Position numbers and translations under genes: made by a program
Part shown: in pieces, positions 21,764 through 29,727 of the stretch
Layout: each line of letters opens with the position of its first letter
Position numbering within the stretch: position 1 is the stretch's first letter
Notes under the pieces: generated by a model
Told to the model about the DNA's origin: nothing
The model's database searches: none
The model's input: the letters and a program-made list of their open reading frames with translations, nothing else
Source: Dehalococcoidia bacterium
GTDB lineage: Bacteria > Chloroflexota > Dehalococcoidia > Lucifugimonadales > UBA3495
Direction of reading: 5' to 3'
DNA: 64,000 bases
NCBI GenBank assembly: GCA_963663945.1
Contig: OY760687.1
Location: 2,516,555-2,580,554 of the forward strand

Positions 21764-21946
21764 TTGTGTACTCCTTGCGGCCCGCCCCGGGGCAAACATC
21801 CCTCAAAACCGGGACTGGAAATTATCGAGGCCAACCTGCATCAAACTGCCGAATAGTCTAACACACGCGGAATTTCGGTGCCCTTTTGCGGTCGCTAATC
21901 GCCGAGCCGGGGCGATCAGCGACGTAAACCGACCAACCGGTCCCGG

Positions 21947-22627
21947 TTAGCTCTCGGCAAAGAAGCGGAAAATCGCCGTCTCGTCGTCGTGGCGGAACCT
22001 GCCACCGCGGAACCGGATGTCACGTCCCTGTTCGATGTGGTGATCAACCAGTTCCTTCACCCGGCCGGAGGCTTCCTCAGCATTCGCAGATCCGCGAACT
22101 ATGTCCATAAGCTCTTCACCGAGCAGGTTGTCGCTGACGCCGTCAGTGCAGCACACCAGGCGGTCCGCTGGGGACAAATCAAGAGTGGTTTGAAACACTG
22201 AGAGGTCAGGTTCGGCGCCGATGGCCTTCGAAACCCCCAGGCGGATCAACCCACCCATACGCCCGCTGTATTGTTCGTATCCGCCAGGACGGATTACGTA
22301 GATCGGGCTGTCGCCAGCGGAAATGATGTGCAGTTGGCCGTTGAGATACAGAGCCGCCGAGGCGGTGGTCAGCAGGAACCGTCCCCCGCCAACCTGATGG
22401 AACTCGGAGTTCTGTTCGTCCAGGACGGCGACGATATCCTCGGGACCCGTTATGTCGACGGCTTTCAGGACGTCAGCCACGGAACCACTGGCCTCGTCGC
22501 CGCCGTGGCCGGTGACGCCGTCCAGCACAACGTCCAGGAAGTTGCCGTCGCCCAGATCACGGGTCAGGTAACTGTCCTCTCCGTGAGCGGCGTTGTCGTG
22601 AAGAATAGCCAACGAACTGGTGAGCAT
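21947..22627 (-). CDS. PP2C/PPM-family (SpoIIE-like) protein phosphatase
   Basis: ORF 21947-22756, start placed at ATG 22627 (MLTSSLAILHD...). Acidic metal-ligand motifs appear in the PPM order: EDSY, LDGVTGHGG, GDSPIY, CTDGVSDNL, HDDETAI. Confidence 0.7.
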   Translation of the reverse strand: MLTSSLAILHDNAAHGEDSYLTRDLGDGNFLDVVLDGVTGHGGDEASGSVADVLKAVDITGPEDIVAVLDEQNSEFHQVGGGRFLLTTASAALYLNGQLHIISAGDSPIYVIRPGGYEQYSGRMGGLIRLGVSKAIGAEPDLSVFQTTLDLSPADRLVCCTDGVSDNLLGEELMDIVRGSANAEEASGRVKELVDHHIEQGRDIRFRGGRFRHDDETAIFRFFAES

Positions 22628-22665
22628 AGTTCCCGCATCCTCACATAAATTTGGTTTGCAGCAGA

Positions 22666-23691
22666 TCAGCCGGCCAAGGCGGCCAGCTCGGTGTTCGCAT
22701 CGAAGCGATAGCGTGTCCAGTGGTCCTCGGTCAGCCGGTGCAGCGCGGCGCTCCACGCCTCCAATGCTGCAGGCCGCTCGGACATCTGGTCGTTACGGAT
22801 GGTAATCAGACCCAGGCATTCGCGCAAGTCCGACGCAAAATCGGCGACGGACGGGTACGCGCGCTGTCGCACCTTCCCCAAGCACGCCGTGGCGGCTTCC
22901 CGCAAGGCGTCACCAGCCGATGCGAACGCGGCGGACAAACTGTCGCATTCGTCCTCGACGGAGATGACCGGCCGCTGATTGTAGGGGTCGAAATACCCGG
23001 AGGCGTCTGTGGGTGGCGGCACTGGCGCAAGGTAGAACTTCACCAATTCCACGTAGAAATCATGGACATCCTGCGGACCCCGGTTGCCCTGGCTGCTCTC
23101 GATTCCATGTCCAACCAGGGCGCCCGCATCGATCAGTGCGACCCGGCCGGTACCCGGGGAGTAGAACACGTTGTGTGGTCCGAGATCGAGCAGTGCGTAC
23201 CCGGCGTTTGCGTAGATTTCCTGCGCCTCCAGCAACTGCGTCTGGACCGGCCAATCCGCCACCGCGTCGGGGAGCGCGAGCGGATGCAACGCAAAAAGAT
23301 TCTGGCCCAGGCCGATTGGTACCCGGAGGATGCGACTTCTGGGGTCTCCAACCAGCGGAATCCCGGCGGCGCGTTCCTCTACCCGGACGGAATAGGGTTG
23401 GCCCAGATCCTCGCCAAAATATTCGTCGTGCAGGGCTACTTCAGTAACTCCGATGACCCGAGGCACGACGTCGCAGTACTGTCCGGCTCGTTCGTAGGCT
23501 TCCAGCGCTCGCGCGGTGCGTTCCTCGACCGGGCCGTGCATCTGCCGGCGCACGGTTTGCGGAGACGGGCGTTTCAGCACGACCGGTTCACCGGTCTGAC
23601 GGTCCAGTGCGGCGCGCACATCGTAATCGGCGCCGCTGCCCAGCGGACCAACCAGTTCGAACCGATCCAGCGTTACAGTTTCCATGACCAT
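22666..23691 (-). CDS. Atypical protein-kinase-like (ePK-like) protein with uncharacterised C-terminal region
   Basis: Gly-rich loop LGSGADYDV (aa 17-25), VVLK lysine (K40), catalytic-loop-like LLDLGPHN (aa 167-174) and DAG in place of DFG (aa 188-190). There is no HRD His-Arg and no APE. About 130 aa at the C-terminus have no motif I recognise. Confidence 0.55.
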   Translation of the reverse strand: MVMETVTLDRFELVGPLGSGADYDVRAALDRQTGEPVVLKRPSPQTVRRQMHGPVEERTARALEAYERAGQYCDVVPRVIGVTEVALHDEYFGEDLGQPYSVRVEERAAGIPLVGDPRSRILRVPIGLGQNLFALHPLALPDAVADWPVQTQLLEAQEIYANAGYALLDLGPHNVFYSPGTGRVALIDAGALVGHGIESSQGNRGPQDVHDFYVELVKFYLAPVPPPTDASGYFDPYNQRPVISVEDECDSLSAAFASAGDALREAATACLGKVRQRAYPSVADFASDLRECLGLITIRNDQMSERPAALEAWSAALHRLTEDHWTRYRFDANTELAALAG

Positions 23692-23701
23692 CGATTGACG
23701 A

Positions 23702-24562
23702 CTAGCTGTGCCCGCTCAGGATCGTCACCCAGTCTTCCTTTTGCCGGATTTCACTGATCACCAACCCGGCATCTTTGATTGCGGAAACCGCCTCGTCGTG
23801 CTGGTCCACAATGATGCCGGACGCGACGAACACCCCGTCGCCGGCCAGCAGGTCGGGGATCGCCGGTGAGACCAGGCGGATGCCGCGGGCGCTGATATTG
23901 GCCACTGCGATATCGTAGTTCACCCCACGGGTCGCGGCGCTGGGGATACTGCCGGACTGAGCGTTGACGCGATCGGCGATGCCCGTGCGGCGGAAGTTGC
24001 GCTGCGCGGCGCGTACTGCGTGCCCATCGATGTCCACCGCGGTAATGTGGCCGGCGCCCAGCTTGGCGGCGGCGATCGTCAGGATGCCGGAGCCCGTTCC
24101 CACGTCGAGAACGTTGCTTCCGGGCCGAACCAATTCTTCAAGCGCTTCCAGGCAGGAATAAGTCGTTGGGTGATACCCGGTCCCGAAAGCCAATCCCGGG
24201 TCCAACTCAACCAGCACGTCGCCGGGCTGGGTTTCATAATCGATCCAGGAGGGCTTGATCACCAGGTTGTTCCCAACGCGCAGCAGGGTGAAATGCTGCT
24301 TCCAGTTGTTCCGCCAGTCCTCGTTGTCGTCGAGGGGTCGAATTTGCAACTCGCCAAGATCGGCGATGCTGGAAGCCAGCTTGATACCCACCTCGATGTG
24401 CGCCAATCGCTGCCGGGACAAACTGGGCAAGTACGAGCGCAGCACCGCGAATTCGCCGGGCCGAGTTTCAACACTCAACCCGTATCCGTACCGCTCGAAG
24501 AGGTAGGACACGGGCTCGACGTATTCGAAGGGAACGTTGATGCTCAGTTCGTGCCAGGACAT
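23702..24562 (-). CDS. prmA: Ribosomal protein L11 methyltransferase
   Basis: MSWHELSINVPFEYVEPVSYLFERYGY... N-terminus, SAM motif LDVGTGSGILTIAAAKLGA, and the conserved position immediately downstream of dnaJ. Confidence 0.85.
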   Translation of the reverse strand: MSWHELSINVPFEYVEPVSYLFERYGYGLSVETRPGEFAVLRSYLPSLSRQRLAHIEVGIKLASSIADLGELQIRPLDDNEDWRNNWKQHFTLLRVGNNLVIKPSWIDYETQPGDVLVELDPGLAFGTGYHPTTYSCLEALEELVRPGSNVLDVGTGSGILTIAAAKLGAGHITAVDIDGHAVRAAQRNFRRTGIADRVNAQSGSIPSAATRGVNYDIAVANISARGIRLVSPAIPDLLAGDGVFVASGIIVDQHDEAVSAIKDAGLVISEIRQKEDWVTILSGHS

Positions 24563-24624
24563 CGCGCCGTCACATTCACTTTGGGAACCGGATGGGCAAT
24601 CGGGAAATCCGGAGGATAACCGGC

Positions 24625-25884
24625 TTATTCGCCGCTGGAGGTTAGAGTGTCCTTGATCCGGTCAAACAGGCCGCGCTGCTTGTCGTCCGTTGGTGGCTCC
24701 TGCGTCTCCGGGGTCGGGTCAGCGGTTGGTTCTTCAGGTTCGGCCGCGTCGGTCGGTTCCGATTTGCGGCTGGCGGCGCGTTTGTTCCGTGCGGGCGCCG
24801 GTGGTCTCTTGCCGTTATTCGCCAGGGAATAGGCCAAATCCTCGACCAGTTTGCGCTGGTACTTGTTCAACTTGGAGGGTATGTCCACATCAACCAGGAC
24901 TCGGATGTCGCCGCGTCGATCCGTTGGCCGTCCGTCGCGTCGGATGCGTGGGACGCCCCGCGCCCGAACCCGGAACTCGCTGCCCGCCTGGGTTCCGGGC
25001 GGTATCTCGAGATCCACGTCGTCGCCTTCCAGGGTGGGGATCGGCTTGGTCATGCCCAGGGCGGCTTCGGCCATATTAAGCGACGCCCGGTACAGCAGGT
25101 CGGATTCGTCCCGCTCAAAGAACGGGTGCTCCCGCACTCGCACCTGAACGTACAGGTTCCCGGGCGGCCCCCCGTTGGCTCCGGAATCGCCTTCCCCGGT
25201 GATCCGCACCTGCATGCCGTTATCGACACCCGCGGGAATCGTGACGGTGCGGGTGCGGCGACGCCGTTCGAAGCCCCGGGCGCGGCAGTTCGAGCAAGGG
25301 GTTTCTATGGAACGACCGTGGCCATTGCAGCTGGAGCATGGGGAGGTCACCGCAAACTGGCCAAACACGCTGCGCTGGGCGCGGCGTACCTGCCCGCTGC
25401 CGTTGCACGTGCGGCAGGTATCGATCGCTGTCCCAGGCTCATTGCCGGCTCCGGAACAATGGTGACAGGGCTCCACCCGATTGATCTCGATGTCCTTGTC
25501 GCAGCCGAATACGGCCTCTTCGAAGGTCAGGTTGACCCGTTGGCTGATGTCCTCGCCGGAACGGGGCTGACTGGCGGTGCGACCGCCGCCTCCGAAGAAT
25601 GTGTCGAAGATGTCCCCGAAGCCACCGAACGGGTCGAAACCGTCAAACCCGCGTTCACCGCCGCCGTTCACACCGGCGTGGCCGAAGCGGTCGTAGCGGG
25701 TCCGCTTTTCCTGGTCGCTGAGGACCTGATACGCTTCGTTGATTTCCTTGAACGTATCCTCAGCGCCCGGGGTTTTGTTCCGGTCGGGATGGAATTCCAT
25801 CGCCTTCCTGCGGAAGGCGCGACGGATCTCCTCTTCGTTGGCTCCCCGGTCGACGCCGAGGGTTTCGTAATAGTCTACGGGCAT
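24625..25884 (-). CDS. dnaJ: Molecular chaperone DnaJ (type I) with an extended acidic/Pro-rich C-terminal tail
   Basis: J domain (MPVDYYETLGVDRGANEEEIRRAFRRKAMEFHPDRN), G/F region, four CxxCxGxG zinc-finger repeats and a C-terminal substrate domain. The ORF opens at GTG 25902; ATG 25884 is preferred. Confidence 0.9.
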   Translation of the reverse strand: MPVDYYETLGVDRGANEEEIRRAFRRKAMEFHPDRNKTPGAEDTFKEINEAYQVLSDQEKRTRYDRFGHAGVNGGGERGFDGFDPFGGFGDIFDTFFGGGGRTASQPRSGEDISQRVNLTFEEAVFGCDKDIEINRVEPCHHCSGAGNEPGTAIDTCRTCNGSGQVRRAQRSVFGQFAVTSPCSSCNGHGRSIETPCSNCRARGFERRRRTRTVTIPAGVDNGMQVRITGEGDSGANGGPPGNLYVQVRVREHPFFERDESDLLYRASLNMAEAALGMTKPIPTLEGDDVDLEIPPGTQAGSEFRVRARGVPRIRRDGRPTDRRGDIRVLVDVDIPSKLNKYQRKLVEDLAYSLANNGKRPPAPARNKRAASRKSEPTDAAEPEEPTADPTPETQEPPTDDKQRGLFDRIKDTLTSSGE

Positions 25885-26015
25885 AGCTTTCTGGCGAGTC
25901 ACAATTTGGTTCGATTATAGCCGACGCTGCGCGCAATGCTCAACATCGCGCTCGAACTGCGTAGGATCGCACGAATCGGCGTACACAGTCCAGGCACCCG
26001 AACCTACCGGCCATT

Positions 26016-26390
26016 TCACGATAACGAACGGCCGACCAGGACGCCGGCGTAGGCGGCCGCCAGCCCGACGACCAGGTTGGCAGCGATTGATATCCCGGCT
26101 CGCGCCAATTCCCCGCCGGATGCGAGCCTGACGCCGTCATATGCCAGCGTGGAAAAGGTCGTGAAACCGCCCAACAGGCCAACGGTGAGCATGGCGCGCA
26201 GTTCCAAAGGCCACTCAGACCGCGTGATGAAAACCGTGGCCAGCACTCCCAGGGCGAAGGACCCGACAACGTTGACCGCGAATGTTCCTGCCACCGTGTC
26301 CGCACCCAGGTATTGAGCAGCGAGCCGCCCGGCGCCGTATCGGAGCACGGACCCGGCGGCGCCGCCGACCGCCACCAGCAGCCAGACCAC
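26016..26390 (-). CDS. crcB: Fluoride efflux channel CrcB/FEX
   Basis: ORF 26016-26549. Start placed at GTG 26390, giving a 124-aa protein (VVWLLVAVGGAAGSVLRYG...GLLGGFTTFSTLAYD...) of typical CrcB size with 4 TM segments and the GGFTTFST motif. It begins 1 nt after the upstream stop. Confidence 0.8.
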   Translation of the reverse strand: MVWLLVAVGGAAGSVLRYGAGRLAAQYLGADTVAGTFAVNVVGSFALGVLATVFITRSEWPLELRAMLTVGLLGGFTTFSTLAYDGVRLASGGELARAGISIAANLVVGLAAAYAGVLVGRSLS

Positions 26391-26391
26391 G

Positions 26392-27567
26392 CTACGCCCA
26401 GGTACCGCGCCGTTCCAGGGTGCGTTCGTCGAGCTCGATACCCCAGCCGGGGCGGTCGGACAGCGTGATCTTGCCGGCGACGATTTCGGGGCGGACGGTG
26501 AAGAGTTCTTCCCAGATCGGGTCGCGGTCCGCGGACGGGAAGGTCTCACAAATTTCCCCTACTTCCAGTCCGGCCACCAGGTGACCGTGCACCTGCGGGT
26601 CGTGATGGGGAGCCAGCCGCACGTTGTCCGCAGCGCACAGGCCGGCAATGCGCAGGCATTCGGTCACGCCACCGTTGCGGGTGCTGTCGTACTGCATCAC
26701 CCGGACTCCTCCCCTTCGGATGAGGTCTCGGGCGTCCCAGCGAGTCACGGCGTTTTCCCCCGATGCGATGGGGATGGTGGTCGAGGCGGCAACTTTGCCC
26801 AGGCCCTCGACTCGGTCGTACCAGTGGACCGGCTCCTCCAGCCAGCGAAGATTGAGCGGTTCCAGCATGCGGGCGCCGCGAATTGCGGTGTCCACATCCC
26901 ACCCCTCGTTGACGTCCACCATTATGTCAATGCCGTCGCCTACAGAGCTGCGAACCGCGCTGACCCGCTCGTAGTCCTCAGCCAGGCTGACGTGGCCGAT
27001 CTTCAGCTTGATGGCCTCATAGCCCATGTCAACGTAGGACTCGCACTCCTGGACCAAATCGGCGGTGGATTTGCCCTCCTGGTAGTACCCGCCGGTGACG
27101 TAGCACGGCGCGGTGTTGGAATGGCCGCCGAGCAATTTGTAAACGGGCATGTCAGCCGCTTTGCCCTTGATGTCCCACAGGGCGATATCCACCGCCGCCA
27201 ACGCCGTCAGTATCTGCGGGCGTCCGAACCCGGAGGCAGCCCAGCCGATCTGATGGCACAGCCCGAACATGTCGTCCCACAGTTGTTCGTGGTCGACCGG
27301 ATCGCGTCCCAGGAGCATCGGTTTGAGCAGATCCACGACGGCACGCGAGGCGCCGTCCGCATGAATGGCGCCGTCACTGTCTTGCCGATAGATTCCGGCG
27401 AAACCCTGACCAGCGCCGTGGGCCTCGCCGATACCGTAGTAACCGGCGTCGGTGTGGACACGAACCAGGAGTTCGCTCACTCGCCCGATGGGTCGCAGAG
27501 CCGTCCAGTATTCGCGATCGGGCGCGGGCCAGACCAGCGCGATCGCCTCAACGTCGTGGATTTTCAT
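26392..27567 (-). CDS. Enolase-superfamily enzyme, mandelate racemase subgroup (acid-sugar dehydratase-like)
   Basis: KxK motif (IKLKIG), metal ligands in order (MVDVNEGW, LEEP, ASGEN) and a His-rich C-terminal catalytic region (APHHD). 391 aa. Confidence 0.8.
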   Translation of the reverse strand: MKIHDVEAIALVWPAPDREYWTALRPIGRVSELLVRVHTDAGYYGIGEAHGAGQGFAGIYRQDSDGAIHADGASRAVVDLLKPMLLGRDPVDHEQLWDDMFGLCHQIGWAASGFGRPQILTALAAVDIALWDIKGKAADMPVYKLLGGHSNTAPCYVTGGYYQEGKSTADLVQECESYVDMGYEAIKLKIGHVSLAEDYERVSAVRSSVGDGIDIMVDVNEGWDVDTAIRGARMLEPLNLRWLEEPVHWYDRVEGLGKVAASTTIPIASGENAVTRWDARDLIRRGGVRVMQYDSTRNGGVTECLRIAGLCAADNVRLAPHHDPQVHGHLVAGLEVGEICETFPSADRDPIWEELFTVRPEIVAGKITLSDRPGWGIELDERTLERRGTWA

Positions 27568-28709
27568 GTGCCATCCTTGCCGTCGAATCTGCCCAGACGG
27601 AAAAGCCCGATGTCGTGCTCGGTCTCGCCGTGCTCCGCCAGGTCGGCCATGATTTCGCCCACCACGCTGGAGAACTTGAAGCCATGCCCGGAGAAACCGG
27701 CGGCAACGGAAACCTGGGGATGATCGGGCAGCGTATCAATGATGAAATGCTCGTCTGGCGTGTTGGTGAACATGCAGGTCTTCAGCGCGAGGGTGGGTCC
27801 GGCTGCTTCCGGGAAGTAACGCTCGGTGAACCCTCGCAGGGCGGCTTCGTCCCGGGCGTTGGGCTCGCGATCCATGGTGTCCGGGTCGACCTGCTCGCGG
27901 AAGTGGTTGAACATGCCCAGCTTGAAGCCGGGTATACCGTAGGACGGAAAGCCGTAGAAACGGCCCTCCTCCACCTCCATGCCGAAGCACGGGAAATTCT
28001 CGGGGCGGAAAAGCTCCGGGCGATAGGGGGCAAACCACCCCAGCACCTGCCGCTCGGGAACGGCGTGGGCAGCGACTTCTGGCGCCACTTTGCCTGCCCA
28101 GGCGCCGGCAGTGACCACCAGCCGACGGGCCGAGTAGGTATCCTTGTCCGTGGTCACGATAACTCCGCCGCCGGCGGTGGGTTCCCAGTTGACTGCGGCC
28201 TCCCGACCGTGGACCTCGGCGCCGATTTCCAGGGCCGAGGAGACGTGCCCGACAATGCACCGCTCGGAGAGAACGAACCCGCCCTGCTGCTCGTAGAGCA
28301 TTTCCGCTTCTTCGGGCAGTTGATACCCCGGCCATTCCTGGTTCACCTCGGGACCACTGAGCAGCCGATAGGGGAGATGGTGCTGTGTCACCGTTTCCAG
28401 CGAACCTTCCAACAACTGGTTTGCCCCCACGCCACCGCGCACGCACCCGGTGGTGACCAGCAGCTTCTCGCCGGCCAGGTTTTCCAGCTGGTGCCAGAGT
28501 TCATAGGCCCGGTAGAGCAACGGAACGTAGGATGGGTCCTCGTGGTAGGCGAGGCGGATCATGCGGCTCACGCCATGGGAGGAGCCCATCTCATTGGGTA
28601 TGTCGTACTGCTCCAGGCCCAACACCTTCCAGCCGCGCCGGGCCAGGTGGTAGACGGCGGAGCTTCCCATCCCGCCGACGCCAATAACTATCGCATCAAA
28701 TTCACGCAT
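27564..28709 (-). CDS. Monomeric sarcosine oxidase / N-methyltryptophan oxidase-like FAD oxidoreductase
   Basis: ORF to 28757, start placed at ATG 28709 (MREFDAIVIGVGGMGSSAVYHLARRG...). Conserved ...KTCMFTNTPDEHFIID... (the flavinylation-type Cys context) and GFSGHGFKF. Overlaps the downstream gene by ATGA. Confidence 0.75.
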   Translation of the reverse strand: MREFDAIVIGVGGMGSSAVYHLARRGWKVLGLEQYDIPNEMGSSHGVSRMIRLAYHEDPSYVPLLYRAYELWHQLENLAGEKLLVTTGCVRGGVGANQLLEGSLETVTQHHLPYRLLSGPEVNQEWPGYQLPEEAEMLYEQQGGFVLSERCIVGHVSSALEIGAEVHGREAAVNWEPTAGGGVIVTTDKDTYSARRLVVTAGAWAGKVAPEVAAHAVPERQVLGWFAPYRPELFRPENFPCFGMEVEEGRFYGFPSYGIPGFKLGMFNHFREQVDPDTMDREPNARDEAALRGFTERYFPEAAGPTLALKTCMFTNTPDEHFIIDTLPDHPQVSVAAGFSGHGFKFSSVVGEIMADLAEHGETEHDIGLFRLGRFDGKDGT

Positions 28710-28772
28710 TGCTTTTCCTGAGTGGTTTCTGGGATCCCGCGGACGCGGGCATGGCAAAGTGGTAGGCGAAAC

Positions 28773-29690
28773 CTACGCTCGCGGCAGCGGGTTGCCCGGC
28801 GTGGTCATGCGCAGGCTGTACACCGAGGTGCGGGCGGTGAATAGCATGGTCCGGAAGTCCGGTCCGCCAAAGGCGCAGTTGGCCGGTATCTCCGGGACCC
28901 GGATGATGCCCAGGTGCTCGCCAGCCGGGGAAAATACCCACACGCCGCCGGAGCCGGTGCAATATACCCGACCTTCGGCGTCGACCTTCATACCGTCGGG
29001 CACGCCGTCCTCGGCGGAGGCCATGCTGCCGAAAACGCGGCTGTTGCTCAGCGATCCGTCGGCCGCCACGTCGTAGGCCTGAATGAACTGGTTCTGCTTG
29101 ACCTCGCCGTCCCAGTACTGGTCGGGCCGCTCGCCCAGTTTGCGGGTGTTGGACGCATACAGCACCGACTCATCAGGCGAGAAGGCAATGCCATTGGGGA
29201 AGTCGATGTCGTGGGCGGACAGGTCCACGGTTCCGTCGGGAGCGATGCGATGGATGGTGCCGGGCCATTGGATCTCCTGCTCGGCCTCCGGAACGCGCCC
29301 GCTGGGGTTGGTGATGAAGATGCTGCCGTCGCTGCGGCACACGATGTCGTTGGGCCGGTGGAATCGCTTGCCGTCCCACCGATCGGCCACCACGTTGATG
29401 GTGCCGTCGGCCTCCATGCGGGTGATGCGTCGGTTGTCGCCTTCGCACATGAGCAGGCGGCCCTGCAGGTCCAGGGTCATCCCGTTGGTGCCGCCGCTGG
29501 GCTCGCGGATGATGTCGGGCGTGCCGCCGGCGGGAGACATGCGGTGGATCACGGGGGGCTCGCGCCTCAGGTCGACAAACAGCCAATAGCCGTCGGGGTG
29601 CCACAGCGGGCCCTCGGTGAACGCGAAATTGGTGGCCAACTGCTGCGCTTCCTGGTTGGGTTCCACGATGCCAGGCAGGTATTCGGGCAT
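28773..29690 (-). CDS. SMP-30/gluconolactonase/LRE family protein
   Basis: ...FTEGPLWHPDGYWLFVD... then repeated ...PNDIVCRSDGSIFITN... and ...PNGIAFSPDESVLYAS... Six-bladed propeller lactonase pattern. Confidence 0.8.
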   Translation of the reverse strand: MPEYLPGIVEPNQEAQQLATNFAFTEGPLWHPDGYWLFVDLRREPPVIHRMSPAGGTPDIIREPSGGTNGMTLDLQGRLLMCEGDNRRITRMEADGTINVVADRWDGKRFHRPNDIVCRSDGSIFITNPSGRVPEAEQEIQWPGTIHRIAPDGTVDLSAHDIDFPNGIAFSPDESVLYASNTRKLGERPDQYWDGEVKQNQFIQAYDVAADGSLSNSRVFGSMASAEDGVPDGMKVDAEGRVYCTGSGGVWVFSPAGEHLGIIRVPEIPANCAFGGPDFRTMLFTARTSVYSLRMTTPGNPLPRA

Positions 29691-29727
29691 GGTTCGCCTC
29701 CTCGGCGTAGGTATGGGGTACGGGAGA

